Part shown: piece after piece, positions 16,945 through 26,559 of the stretch
How the letters are laid out: each line of letters begins with the position of its first letter
Numbering within the stretch: the stretch's first letter is position 1
NCBI GenBank assembly: GCA_035457485.1
Contig: DATIBO010000006.1
Span: forward strand, 498,659-562,658
Source: Candidatus Saccharimonadales bacterium
GTDB taxonomy: Bacteria > Patescibacteriota > Saccharimonadia > Saccharimonadales > EFPC-124
Length of the DNA: 64,000 nucleotides
Direction: 5' to 3'
Made by a program: the position numbers and the translations under genes
Notes under the pieces: model-generated
Told to the model about the DNA's origin: nothing
Databases searched by the model: none
What the model saw: the letters and a program-made list of their open reading frames with translations, nothing else

Positions 16945-17225
16945 TTTGGGCCCGGGTGAGGGCTCGTGTTTCAGGACTTGTGGTGGTGGCGGGTGGTGTA
17001 GATGTGGACCGTCACGATGCCGATGCTGACGCAGATGATCGCGCTGATCACCCGCACGACACCATCCAGCGACGGGAACTCCGTCTTGACCTGACCACCG
17101 GCCCACGTCACGAGGACGATGAGGGCCAGATTCGCCAGCCCGTAGCCGGCGATCGTCAGGATCTTGCTGCCACGCTTGGGCGTGTTCGCCATGATGTCTC
17201 CGATGTTCGAACGGGACAATTCCTT
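16945..17225 (-). other. GC-rich foreign-looking cassette 4 (2-TM protein)
   Basis: Line 17041-17100 has 39/60 G+C, flanked by AT-rich native DNA. Confidence 0.6.
16971..17192 (-). CDS. small two-TM membrane protein (73 aa)
   Basis: MANTPKRGSKILTIAGYGLANLALIVLVTWAGG...VISAIICVSIGIVTVHIYTTRHHHKS. The ATG lies 4 nt after GGAGAC; the track start 17219 is an upstream in-frame alternative. Confidence 0.5.
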   Translation of the reverse strand: MANTPKRGSKILTIAGYGLANLALIVLVTWAGGQVKTEFPSLDGVVRVISAIICVSIGIVTVHIYTTRHHHKS

Positions 17226-17236
17226 GAAACCATATA

Positions 17237-17265
17237 TTTATAACATAAAATGTAAATCAAGTCAA
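17237..17265 (-). promoter_or_regulatory. promoter TTGACT-17-TATAAA reading into cassette 4
   Basis: The -35 box is at 17260-17265 (inside the last codons of the upstream gene) and the -10 box at 17237-17242, on the minus strand. Confidence 0.4.
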
Positions 17266-17691
17266 TAAATAGAGAATCGCTGGCGAAATTAGTAGCAGGT
17301 AAAGCGCTTCTACAACAATACCTTGGGGCTTTTCGTACCACTGTAGATTTAGGTGAAAATTATGAAACCAGTTGTTAAGCGGCTTTTTTGTGTAGTAATG
17401 CACAAGCAGAGCGTCTGGTAGCATCGCAAAAAATACTCCTAGTAAAACAGGAAGTGCGAGTGAGGGATTAAGTGTTATGATTAAGCTAATAATCGACAAG
17501 CACGCGATTCCATCAGCGATGATAATTCGCGTAAAATGCTTATTGCCCCAGGTATAAATTTGGTGGCCTCCAAAATGAGGGATCACGTCTAATGCAAAAT
17601 GTGACGCAAACGCCAAAGGAACCACTAAAAGCGGTTCACGCACAGCGATTCCAATTGCCGCTCCTGTTAGAGCGTGGTTTAGGCCAATCAT
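17257..17691 (-). CDS. membrane-bound metal-dependent hydrolase (YdjM/DUF457-like)
   Basis: 144 aa, polytopic, with conserved His/Asp in MIGLNHALTGA...HFALDVIPH. Confidence 0.5.
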   Translation of the reverse strand: MIGLNHALTGAAIGIAVREPLLVVPLAFASHFALDVIPHFGGHQIYTWGNKHFTRIIIADGIACLSIISLIITLNPSLALPVLLGVFFAMLPDALLVHYYTKKPLNNWFHNFHLNLQWYEKPQGIVVEALYLLLISPAILYLLT

Positions 17692-17866
17692 ATCGTAATT
17701 CTACCACTTAAGTGTTGTATTATAAAAACATGAGTGAGCGGCAGACTGTGTAAATGATCCTTTTATCAAAATATGAATATTATAAAGATTGCAGAATAAT
17801 CCTTTTCAATCTGTAAGTTTTATGATAAAATTACCTGTAACTGCTAAAAAAGTGAGTAAAACCAGT

Positions 17867-18319
17867 ATGTTTGGATTAATCAAAGCTATTAACGACGCAC
17901 AACGCAAGGCTAAACTTGTTGATGTTCGTAGTGGTGACACAGTTAAAGTTCACCAAAAAATTAAAGAAGGTAACAAAGAGCGTATTCAGATTTTTGAAGG
18001 CGTTGTTATCCGTACTGATCGTAAAGACAGTATTAACGCAAGCTTTACTGTTCGCCGTATTGCTAGCGGTGTTGGTGTAGAAAAATCTTTCTTAATGCAC
18101 AGCCCACTTGTGCTTAAGGTAGAAGTTACAAAGCGAAGTAAAGTTCGTCGCAAATACCTAAGCTTCTTGCGAGAGCGTAGCGGTAAATCTGCTCGTTTGG
18201 TTGCGCGCGATTTTGACAAAAACAAAGTGAACGCTGCAAACAAAGCTGCCGAAGAAGAAATCGAACAGATTAAAGAAGAACTAGCCGAAAAGCACGAGCC
18301 AAAAGCTAAAAAGAAATAA
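17867..18319 (+). CDS. rplS: 50S ribosomal protein L19 with Lys/Glu-rich C-terminal extension
   Basis: VRSGDTVKVHQKIKEGNKERIQIFEGVVIR is the L19 core. The start was chosen at ATG 17867; ATG 17822 or the track start 17789 remain possible. Confidence 0.8.
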   Translation: MFGLIKAINDAQRKAKLVDVRSGDTVKVHQKIKEGNKERIQIFEGVVIRTDRKDSINASFTVRRIASGVGVEKSFLMHSPLVLKVEVTKRSKVRRKYLSFLRERSGKSARLVARDFDKNKVNAANKAAEEEIEQIKEELAEKHEPKAKKK

Positions 18320-18320
18320 C

Positions 18321-18351
18321 AAAAAACCACCTGCAAGTCGGGTGGTTTTTT
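18321..18351 (+). terminator. rho-independent terminator after rplS
   Basis: AAAAAACCACC...GGTGGTTTTTT; a native-type terminator with a T-tract. Confidence 0.6.
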
Positions 18352-18447
18352 GTTTGTCGCGATAGTGGGGTGACAAACTGAGGCTTAACTTGGCAAGTAC
18401 GTTGTGATAGCTTTACTTTTGCCCCCAAACTTGTTTATACTCCCCAC

Positions 18448-19008
18448 ATGATTGTCGGGATAGATGAAGTAGGACGCGGATGTTTAGCTGGTCCAGTTTG
18501 CGTAGCTGCAGTTTTAATGCCCGAAAAATTTAAAATGAAGGGTTTAGCGGATAGTAAAAAAGTTTTACGTGGAGATCGCGCAGAACTCGTTTTGCGAATT
18601 CGTAAAAAAGCCCAGCAAATCGCCATAGGTTGGGCTAGCCCGAGTGAAATTGATGAATTTAACATATGGAAAGCCGTTCAATTGGCGGCAGCAAGGGCGA
18701 TCAGCCAGCTTGATATTCCGAGTGGAACTTTAATAGTTGTCGACGGTAATGCCAGAATGCTAGGAGAGATGGCAGCAAGCTATGTTGTCAAGGCGGATGA
18801 TAAATATCCTGCAGTAATGGCTGCGAGTAACGTCGCGAAACTCGCTCGTGATAATTACATGGCAAAGATTGATCATATTTATGAGGGCTTTAATTTTGCT
18901 AGCCATGTGGGCTATGGCACGAAAAAGCATCGCGAGAGCCTAGCGCTACTTGGTCCAACCGATATACATAGGTTTAGTTACGGTCCTGTTAAAGAGTTTG
19001 CGGTGTGA
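18448..19008 (+). CDS. rnhB: ribonuclease HII
   Basis: IVGIDEVGRGCLAGPV motif. Confidence 0.85.
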   Translation: MIVGIDEVGRGCLAGPVCVAAVLMPEKFKMKGLADSKKVLRGDRAELVLRIRKKAQQIAIGWASPSEIDEFNIWKAVQLAAARAISQLDIPSGTLIVVDGNARMLGEMAASYVVKADDKYPAVMAASNVAKLARDNYMAKIDHIYEGFNFASHVGYGTKKHRESLALLGPTDIHRFSYGPVKEFAV

Positions 19009-19346
19009 GTGCGACAGAGATTGGTCGTATGGCCGAGGATGCCGCCGCAACATATTTACATGAACATGGATTTGAAATCTTGCAACAAAACTGGCGAACG
19101 CGCTGGTGTGAAATTGATATTGTGTGTAGTAAAAGTAGCGTAGTCTACTTCGTCGAATGTAAGTACAGAGCCAAAAATAATTGGGGCAGCGGATTCGAAT
19201 ACATAACCAACAAAAAGTTGCAGCAAATGCATTTCGCTGCACAATTTTGGGTGGCACAGCATCGGTGGGAAGGCGACTATAGCTTAAGCGCGATTGAACT
19301 TGCTGATAACCCGCCGCAGGTAAATGAGTTTTTAAAAGAAATATAG
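19005..19346 (+). CDS. YraN-family (UPF0102) endonuclease
   Basis: GRMAEDAAATYLHEHGFEILQQNWR...EIDIV...FVECK; overlaps the rnhB stop. Confidence 0.75.
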   Translation: MSATEIGRMAEDAAATYLHEHGFEILQQNWRTRWCEIDIVCSKSSVVYFVECKYRAKNNWGSGFEYITNKKLQQMHFAAQFWVAQHRWEGDYSLSAIELADNPPQVNEFLKEI

Positions 19347-19391
19347 AGATCTGGTATTTGGCTCAAAGGGCGATTAGTTACACCACGATTG

Positions 19392-21908
19392 TTATTTGAT
19401 CGATTCTAAAAACTCAGCCACTAGGTTTTCGTCGCGTGCACGCCACAAAACTTTTACTTCAATGTCCTCGATCGCTTGCGAAATGTTACGCCTTAAGCCT
19501 TGATCGTCTAGCTTTTGCTCGAAAAACTTTTTAAATTTTGCGAGTTCAAGTTCTGTACTAAAACCACTGGCAAAATACTGAGGTAGATCACTGTAATGCA
19601 AGTCGCCCTTAAAAGTGTTCTCTAGCCAACCCCAATTTGCGTGAGCCCAGTGCCAGGTAAGTTTTTTGCTAGCCGGGTTGCGCATAAGTCGCAAAAGCCA
19701 AAACGGTACATCCTGGTTGCGTATTTTGTTAGTTGGTAAAAGATTCAAGATCTCGGTAATTTGTGATTCACTTTTTGTACTAGTTAAGCCCGCGGTTAGT
19801 AAAAGCTTTTCTTGAGCTGAACTCGTAGTTTTGTACCAGTTTAAAAGCTTGGCAAAGTCTTGCGTCTCGCCGATTTTGCCAACTGAGCTATAAAAAACCT
19901 CCCGACCCTCAACAGGTAGGTCGTTAGTTTTACCTGCCTGCCTAAAAACCTGCAACATTTGCTGATTGGCAAGTTTATTTTCGCCGAGCACAGCCAGGTT
20001 TAAAATTACAGGTCGCAAAAGGTTGTCGTTGTAACTCTCATCTCCGAGGGGTTTTAAACCAAGGTGATTTAGCTGCTTTTTAATCAAATTATTTACAAAT
20101 TTATTAAAATGTAATTTTTGCGCATCGCTAATTAAGAACTCTGTGGCGCCTAAAATGCTAGCAATAGCAGACCAAACAGAATATTGAGTTTCGTTCGCGA
20201 AAGCGCTTAAAAGGCGCAGAGTGTCAGATGTAGAAACAAGTCCGGCGCGAGTCAACGCCAGCATATCGTGCAATAATTTTTGGCGATCCAGTGTTTTTAA
20301 TTGTTCTAAGTTATTAACAATGTCTTTAAGCTCGCCACTGTCATATTGAACATGGTAAAAGCCACCTGCGCCCTGGTTTAGTAGGTTTAGGTCTTCGCTT
20401 TTTAGCTTAACTTGAGTCGTACGATCTTTAAGAATTTTTTGCTCAACCGAATTGCCGAGTAGCGGAATTGGCCAAATCGCATCGTCAGAGTTGCGCGCGG
20501 CACGTGGGTCGGCGTAAAATCTCCTCTGGTTTAAGGTGGCGTGACCATTGGTCTGTCTAAAACTTACAACCGGGTGGCCGGGCTGAGTTAGCCATGGTTC
20601 GATAAAATCGGCGACTTCAATTTGAGCGACACTTCCTAACGACTCCCATAAATCTTGCATAGTCGCGTTTTTATAAGAAAATTTTTTAACATAGGCTCGA
20701 ATTCCGTTTTTGAAGTTTTGCTCGCCTAAGTAATCGTGCAACATTCGCACTAAACAGGCTCCCTTTGAGTACATAATTGCGCTGTCGAAAAGCGAGGCGA
20801 TTTCCTCTGGGTCGTTGAGCGGTTGCCTAACACTTTGAATAGTGGCCAAGCTGTCGCGGGCGTAGGCGCGCAAAGCCTCAAAATCATTAAAGTGTTCCCA
20901 GTAACGCCACTCTGGGTAAAAGTGATCAACAACTTTGTAGCCCATCCAGTTAGCAAAACTTTCGTTGAGCCATAAATCATCCCACCACTGCATAGTTACC
21001 AAGTTTCCAAACCACTGATGTGCCAGCTCATGACCAACAACCATGGCATTAAATTGCTTGGTCGCGATTGGAGTGCCGGGGCCTACAAACATGCAGCTTT
21101 CACGGAAAGTTACTAGACCCCAGTTTTCCATTGCTCCGGCACTAAAATCTGGCAAGGCAAGTAGGTCGCATTTTGGCAATGGATAGGGAGTGCCAAAGTA
21201 ATCGTCAAAATAGTCCAAAAATTTTGCTGCAACGTTTAGAACAAATTCAGTTTCGCCTACATGATCGAGCGTGCTGTATGCTCGAATTTTTACGCCACTT
21301 GCCGAGGTTGTTTCGGTAAAGCCCAGCTCGCCGGCCGCGAACGCAAGTAAGTAAGTGCTCATTTTTGGGGTTCGCTCAAACGTGGTGATCTGCGAAAGCT
21401 CATGCGTGACCTGTTTTTTAACAGGAGTGTTAGCAAGCGCTACCAATCCTTTTTTGGTTGTGAGCGTTAAGTCGAAAGTAGCTTTAGCGGCAGGTTCATC
21501 TATGCAGGGAAAGGCTTCGCGTGCTGAGTGGCTTTCGAATTGCGTTGCGAAAATCTCTTTGTCGTTGCCAAGATATTGGTAGGGGCAAGCGTATATCCCA
21601 GCCAGTGTTTCAGTTATTTTACCGCTAAACTCGATAGTGATAACTTGTTCGCCTTTTGCAAAGTCTCCATTTATTTGCAGTTCGTCGTGAGAACCTTGCT
21701 TAAACCTAACTGCAGTGTTGTTGACTTTTAGTTTAGAGATTCTTAAGCCCTTGCTATGCAGTGTGATGGTTTTGCTGTTTTTTGGTAGTTTGCCGGCTAT
21801 AATGACTTGGCCGGAAAAGTCGCGTTTGTGGGCACTCAGCAGGTCGATGTGTAGTTTGTAATTATCAACTTTAAAAAGTGGGCTTAGATGGCGAATAAGT
21901 TCTGGCAT
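19392..21908 (-). CDS. pepN: aminopeptidase N (M1 family)
   Basis: GAMENWG and HELAHQWFGN...E zinc motifs; 838 aa. Confidence 0.9.
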   Translation of the reverse strand: MPELIRHLSPLFKVDNYKLHIDLLSAHKRDFSGQVIIAGKLPKNSKTITLHSKGLRISKLKVNNTAVRFKQGSHDELQINGDFAKGEQVITIEFSGKITETLAGIYACPYQYLGNDKEIFATQFESHSAREAFPCIDEPAAKATFDLTLTTKKGLVALANTPVKKQVTHELSQITTFERTPKMSTYLLAFAAGELGFTETTSASGVKIRAYSTLDHVGETEFVLNVAAKFLDYFDDYFGTPYPLPKCDLLALPDFSAGAMENWGLVTFRESCMFVGPGTPIATKQFNAMVVGHELAHQWFGNLVTMQWWDDLWLNESFANWMGYKVVDHFYPEWRYWEHFNDFEALRAYARDSLATIQSVRQPLNDPEEIASLFDSAIMYSKGACLVRMLHDYLGEQNFKNGIRAYVKKFSYKNATMQDLWESLGSVAQIEVADFIEPWLTQPGHPVVSFRQTNGHATLNQRRFYADPRAARNSDDAIWPIPLLGNSVEQKILKDRTTQVKLKSEDLNLLNQGAGGFYHVQYDSGELKDIVNNLEQLKTLDRQKLLHDMLALTRAGLVSTSDTLRLLSAFANETQYSVWSAIASILGATEFLISDAQKLHFNKFVNNLIKKQLNHLGLKPLGDESYNDNLLRPVILNLAVLGENKLANQQMLQVFRQAGKTNDLPVEGREVFYSSVGKIGETQDFAKLLNWYKTTSSAQEKLLLTAGLTSTKSESQITEILNLLPTNKIRNQDVPFWLLRLMRNPASKKLTWHWAHANWGWLENTFKGDLHYSDLPQYFASGFSTELELAKFKKFFEQKLDDQGLRRNISQAIEDIEVKVLWRARDENLVAEFLESIK

Positions 21909-21986
21909 TGCTTTTTATTCTAACATGGGCTAGTATTAAGTAGTACTCATCCGGCCAGCAGGTCGGATTTTTCAATAAGGAGACAT

Positions 21987-23108
21987 ATGGACGATTTAAA
22001 TGTAAAACAATTAGGGCTTTCTGCTAAGCAGATCGCCGACGAAAAAAACCTACCAGAAGACATGGTTCATGACATTATCGAGCAGGCAATTGCCGCCGCT
22101 TATCGCCGTGACTTTGGTGATCGAGAGCAAGAAGTTCGCGCAACTCTAAACACCAGCACAGGCGAGGCTACTGTTTACGTTAGCAAAGAAGTTGTTGATG
22201 AAGTTAGCGACGAAACTATGGAAATAAGCCTAGCAGACGCTAAAAAAATCAAAAAAGACGCAGCAGTAGGAGAGACCGTTGAAGTCACTGACCATCCAAA
22301 AACTTTTGGCCGTGTGGCTGCACAAACTGCAAAACAAGTTATTTTGCAAAAGTTACGCGAAGCTGAGCGTGAAGTTGTAATGGCAGAGTTTGCGGACAAA
22401 ATTGGGACTGTTATTACAGGTACAGTTCAGCGTGTTGAACCACGTGTTGTTCGCGTTGAGCTTGGCAAAGCGTCGGGCATTATCCCACTTTCAGAGCAAA
22501 TTCCGGGCGAATACTACAGTATCGGTGCGCGTGTAAAGGTCTACTTAAAAGATGTTGAGCGCGGTAATCGTGGCCCACAGCTTATTTTGAGTCGTGCAAA
22601 TGAAGCCTTTGTTGAGTACTTGTTCCGTCAAGAAGTCCCAGAAATGGAAACGGGTGCTGTAGAGATTAAGGCGATTGCTCGCGAAGCCGGCAGACGCACA
22701 AAGATTGCAGTATTAAGCACGGTTCCTGGTGTTGACCCCGTCGGAACTTTCGTTGGCGGTCATGGAACTCGTGTTCAAGCCGTTATGAATGAAATTGGCG
22801 AAAACGAAAAGGTTGACATTATAACCTTTAGCGATGATGCGCAAACATTTATTACAAACGCCTTGAGCCCAGCCGAAGTCGTAAGTATAAAAATTGATCA
22901 AGACAAAAAACACGCGAAAGTTGCAGTTGACCCTTCGCAGCTTTCGGTTGCAATCGGTCGAGGTGGTCAAAACGTTCGCTTGGCTAGTCGATTGACTGGC
23001 TACGAGCTTGATATCGAAGCTGCTAACGGTGAGGCTAAAAACTCCAAACCAAAACCTAAAAAGAATATTGAGGATTCGCTACTGAACGCGATCGAAGAAA
23101 ACCAATAG
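21987..23108 (+). CDS. nusA: transcription termination/antitermination factor NusA
   Basis: N-terminal domain, S1 domain and two KH domains (GRGGQNVRLASRLTG). Confidence 0.9.
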   Translation: MDDLNVKQLGLSAKQIADEKNLPEDMVHDIIEQAIAAAYRRDFGDREQEVRATLNTSTGEATVYVSKEVVDEVSDETMEISLADAKKIKKDAAVGETVEVTDHPKTFGRVAAQTAKQVILQKLREAEREVVMAEFADKIGTVITGTVQRVEPRVVRVELGKASGIIPLSEQIPGEYYSIGARVKVYLKDVERGNRGPQLILSRANEAFVEYLFRQEVPEMETGAVEIKAIAREAGRRTKIAVLSTVPGVDPVGTFVGGHGTRVQAVMNEIGENEKVDIITFSDDAQTFITNALSPAEVVSIKIDQDKKHAKVAVDPSQLSVAIGRGGQNVRLASRLTGYELDIEAANGEAKNSKPKPKKNIEDSLLNAIEENQ

Positions 23109-23154
23109 CAAACAGCGCCCAGCAGAGGGCGCTTTTGTTTACATACGGCGATTA

Positions 23155-24027
23155 ATGTTGTATAATTTGCCGAAAGTGAACAAGTTAAAACTCGTTTTAG
23201 TTGCAGTGGCATCGTTTATTTTTGTGGCGCTTGTGGCCTACTTTTTTGTGCTGCCTGCGATTCTAGTGGGCGAATATAAAAATACTATTGGAGTGACGCA
23301 GCCCAAGGTTGACAGTGCTGTGAACGCTGTAGTGGCATACAAAAGCGAAGACTCTTTCGTTAGTATCGAGGTTGATCCTAACGAGCTGCACACCGATCTT
23401 GATAACGCCAAACTTGCAATCGAGGCAGCCGAAGAAAGCTTACAACAACATGAATCAAAACTATTGTCCCTGAAGGTTTTACCTTTTCTAGATTTCAATC
23501 CCGAGTACAAAACTGCAATACAGCTTAAAAATGCCGAGATTTCGTACGTTCAAACCTGCTGGGATGTCATAAGCGAAGCCAAGCAAACAATTGGATATGC
23601 GACTAAGACTTTGCCGGTGATTGAAAAGTTGAATGAGGCCGACGCAAAATATGAAAGCACGAGTACTGCAACTAGCGTCGCTCAAATAAGTATAGCTTTT
23701 GCTGATTCGGCAAAAATTTATCAGGACGCTGCTGCTGAGTTCGAACTGATTCAGGCGCCTGAGTCAGTTAAAAAGTATCACGAACAAAATGTAGTTGAAG
23801 CTAAACGTGTCGCAGTTACGGTTCGCGACATGCTAAATGCAATAAATTCTGCAGATTACAACGAGCTTGTGAGTTTGGAACAAACAGCATATTTGGCGGC
23901 AGAGAATGCTGGCGCTAAAGCCGAAGAAAGCGCAACAAACTACATTAAAGAATCTGTTTTAAAAAAGCTTAGTGACAAAATCAAGGAAGACCAGCAAGCG
24001 ATTGGCGCACATGTCGGCGAACTCTAA
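23155..24027 (+). CDS. hypothetical TM-anchored protein
   Basis: 290 aa with an N-terminal TM helix and a helical ectodomain; no motif recognised. Confidence 0.5.
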   Translation: MLYNLPKVNKLKLVLVAVASFIFVALVAYFFVLPAILVGEYKNTIGVTQPKVDSAVNAVVAYKSEDSFVSIEVDPNELHTDLDNAKLAIEAAEESLQQHESKLLSLKVLPFLDFNPEYKTAIQLKNAEISYVQTCWDVISEAKQTIGYATKTLPVIEKLNEADAKYESTSTATSVAQISIAFADSAKIYQDAAAEFELIQAPESVKKYHEQNVVEAKRVAVTVRDMLNAINSADYNELVSLEQTAYLAAENAGAKAEESATNYIKESVLKKLSDKIKEDQQAIGAHVGEL

Positions 24028-24054
24028 CTAGCACTCTTGCATACTGAGTGCTAG
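24028..24054 (+). promoter_or_regulatory. CIRCE-like inverted repeat CTAGCACTC-N9-GAGTGCTAG upstream of clpC
   Basis: A perfect 9-bp palindrome with a 9-nt spacer, matching the CIRCE consensus TTAGCACTC-N9-GAGTGCTAA at 16/18 positions. It starts right after the upstream stop and is followed by TTTT. Confidence 0.55.
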
Positions 24055-24065
24055 TTTTCTATAAT
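24037..24065 (+). promoter_or_regulatory. clpC promoter TTGCAT-17-TATAAT embedded in the CIRCE-like element
   Basis: The -35 box (24037-24042) lies in the N9 spacer. The -10 box (24060-24065) lies 5 nt after the right half-site. Confidence 0.5.
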
Positions 24066-24093
24066 TAAGGTATGGAAAACAGTTGGAGTAGAT

Positions 24094-26559
24094 ATGAACA
24101 GCGCTAATGACTTTTTTGAGTTTATAAACTACTTAACTGATAATGCAAAGTCGAGTTTGCAGCGCGCAGACACTATCGCGAGGAGTCTGGGGTCTGCTTA
24201 TATAGGAACTGAGCATTTGCTTTTGGGTGTTTTGAGCCAAGAGAGTTCGGTCGCATCGCAACTTTTGGTGGAATCTGGTGTAACTTTGGAACGGGCGCGT
24301 GTTGCACTTAATTTAACGCCTCGTGCGTTAGTTGTTAACAGTGGTGCCAAAGGACTTAGCGAGACTGCAAAGTTGACCTTAAAGCTTAGTTGGGATATTG
24401 CGCAGGAATTCAATCAGGATTTTTGTGGCACTGAACATATTTTATTTAGTATTCTAAGTCAAAAAAACGCTCGAGCCACTGTGTTATTGCGCGACATGAA
24501 TGTTGATGTCGATCAGCTAACGGCTCAGCTCGAGCAGTATTTAAATCGACAGCAGGAATATCGCGGTACGTCTCCAACCAAAGCTCAGCAGAGCAAGCTC
24601 AGTGCAAGTTTAGGTAAGTTTGGTGTAGATCTAACGGACAAAGCGGCACGAGGGGAGCTAGATCCGGTGATTGGTCGTGATAAGCAAATTAAGCGAATGA
24701 TCACAATTTTGGGCCGACGCAGTAAAAATAATCCTGTGTTATTGGGTGATCCAGGTGTAGGTAAAACTGCTATCGTTGAGGGGTTAGCTCAGCGAATCGT
24801 TGCCGAGGAAGTTCCTGACTTTTTGCTAGATAAGCAAATTTTTATGTTGGATCTAGCGGGGATGATCGCCGGTACGAAATATCGTGGTGAGTTTGAAGAG
24901 CGCCTTAAGAAGCTGATCAATGAGATGAAGACGAATCCAAATCTGATCGTGTTTATAGATGAAATTCATTTGCTTTCGGGAGCGGGTGCAGCCGAAGGTG
25001 CGATTGATGCTGGTAATATGCTTAAACCTGCGCTTGCTCGCGGTAAGGCTCGCGTGATTGGCGCAACGACAACGGATGAATACCGCAAGCATATAGAAAA
25101 AGACACTGCCCTAGAGCGCAGATTCCAAACCGTAACGGTGCCAGAGCCAAGTGTTAAAGAGTCAGTCGCGATTTTAAGAGGTCTTAAAAAATATTACGAA
25201 CGACATCACGGCGTTGAGGTGGCGGATGAGGTAATTGACGACGTAGCCTATTTGGCAAAACGCTACATCGGCGATCGCTTTATGCCTGATAAAGCGATTG
25301 ATTTACTGGACGAAGCTGCTGCAACCGTGCGCGTGGAAAAAGGTAAAACTCCTGTTGAGCTACGTAAATTAACACAAGAGCTCAAGCAGCTTTCGGCAAA
25401 AATGGAAGAATCCGTTGAAGCCGAAGACTACGAACGAGCTGCTTTGTACAAAACGCGTATTAGCCAAATAAATGGCCAAATTAACAAGTTGCGCAATAAT
25501 AAACAAGATGGTGAAAAATTGACAGTAACTAGTGATGATGTCGCTAAAACGATTTCAACCATGACTGGAGTTCCAGTTGAACGTGTAATTAAAAGTGAAG
25601 CTAAGTACCTGTTGCATCTCGAGAAGCATTTAGCGAAAAGTATAATCGGTCAACAAGAGGCCGTAGAGGCTGTAGCGCGTGCGATTCGTCGTAACAGGGT
25701 TGGAATTGGTGAGCAAAAACGACCTATTGGATCCTTTTTGTTTATGGGTCCAACAGGTGTAGGTAAAACAGAGCTAGCGCGAGTTTTGGCTCGTGAGCTT
25801 TTTGGCAGTAGCGATTCGTTAATCAAGATCGACATGAGCGAATTTTCAGAGCGTCATACTTCAGCGCGTCTAGTTGGCGCACCAGCTGGTTATGTGGGTT
25901 ACGACGATGCTGGTCAGTTGACTGATAAAATTCGTCGTCAGCCGTACAGTGTGGTGCTTTTTGATGAGATTGAAAAAGCCCACCCAGATGTGTTTAACAT
26001 TTTGTTGCAGATTTTAGAAGATGGTCAGTTGAGTGATGCTAAAGGACGTAAGGTTGATTTTACAAATACAGTTGTAATTTTAACGAGCAACCTTGGTGCT
26101 GAGCGCATGCAAAAAGAGGCTTCACTTGGCTTTACTGCAACATCGGCGAAAGATCGTGACAATTTAAATGATCTGCATAATAAAAATCGTGACGCAGCAA
26201 TGGCGGAACTTAAAAAGTCTATGCGCCCAGAGCTTATTAACCGCTTTGATAAGATTGTGGTTTTTGGTGCGCACACTAAACCTGAGGTTAAAAAAATCCT
26301 TGACGTTGAGCTCGCAAAACTTGAAAAACGATTGTCACGCCAGCACGTTGCGGTTAAATTAAATGCGGCAGCCAAAGCTTTGATGATTGAATTTGGTTAC
26401 GATCCACAGAATGGAGTAAGGCCTCTCCGGCGCGCAATACAAGATCACATTGAAGACGAAATAGCTGCAGGATTATTGGAAGAGCGTTATACTAAAGGGG
26501 ATGTCATTGCCGTTGCAGCAAAACGAGGAAAGTTCAGTTTTACCCGAATCGGAGAGTAA
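24094..26559 (+). CDS. clpC: ATP-dependent Clp protease ATP-binding subunit ClpC
   Basis: Clp_N repeats, two AAA+ modules ([18 protein letters not shown]) and a UVR-like middle domain. Confidence 0.9.
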   Translation: MNSANDFFEFINYLTDNAKSSLQRADTIARSLGSAYIGTEHLLLGVLSQESSVASQLLVESGVTLERARVALNLTPRALVVNSGAKGLSETAKLTLKLSWDIAQEFNQDFCGTEHILFSILSQKNARATVLLRDMNVDVDQLTAQLEQYLNRQQEYRGTSPTKAQQSKLSASLGKFGVDLTDKAARGELDPVIGRDKQIKRMITILGRRSKNNPVLLGDPGVGKTAIVEGLAQRIVAEEVPDFLLDKQIFMLDLAGMIAGTKYRGEFEERLKKLINEMKTNPNLIVFIDEIHLLSGAGAAEGAIDAGNMLKPALARGKARVIGATTTDEYRKHIEKDTALERRFQTVTVPEPSVKESVAILRGLKKYYERHHGVEVADEVIDDVAYLAKRYIGDRFMPDKAIDLLDEAAATVRVEKGKTPVELRKLTQELKQLSAKMEESVEAEDYERAALYKTRISQINGQINKLRNNKQDGEKLTVTSDDVAKTISTMTGVPVERVIKSEAKYLLHLEKHLAKSIIGQQEAVEAVARAIRRNRVGIGEQKRPIGSFLFMGPTGVGKTELARVLARELFGSSDSLIKIDMSEFSERHTSARLVGAPAGYVGYDDAGQLTDKIRRQPYSVVLFDEIEKAHPDVFNILLQILEDGQLSDAKGRKVDFTNTVVILTSNLGAERMQKEASLGFTATSAKDRDNLNDLHNKNRDAAMAELKKSMRPELINRFDKIVVFGAHTKPEVKKILDVELAKLEKRLSRQHVAVKLNAAAKALMIEFGYDPQNGVRPLRRAIQDHIEDEIAAGLLEERYTKGDVIAVAAKRGKFSFTRIGE

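Noticed and set aside
17789-17866. Upstream extension of rplS (track start 17789; ATG 17822)
   Set aside because: The L19 homology begins at MFGLIKAINDAQ (ATG 17867). The extension has no homolog-like sequence, but no SD or -10 box discriminates clearly, so the start remains uncertain.
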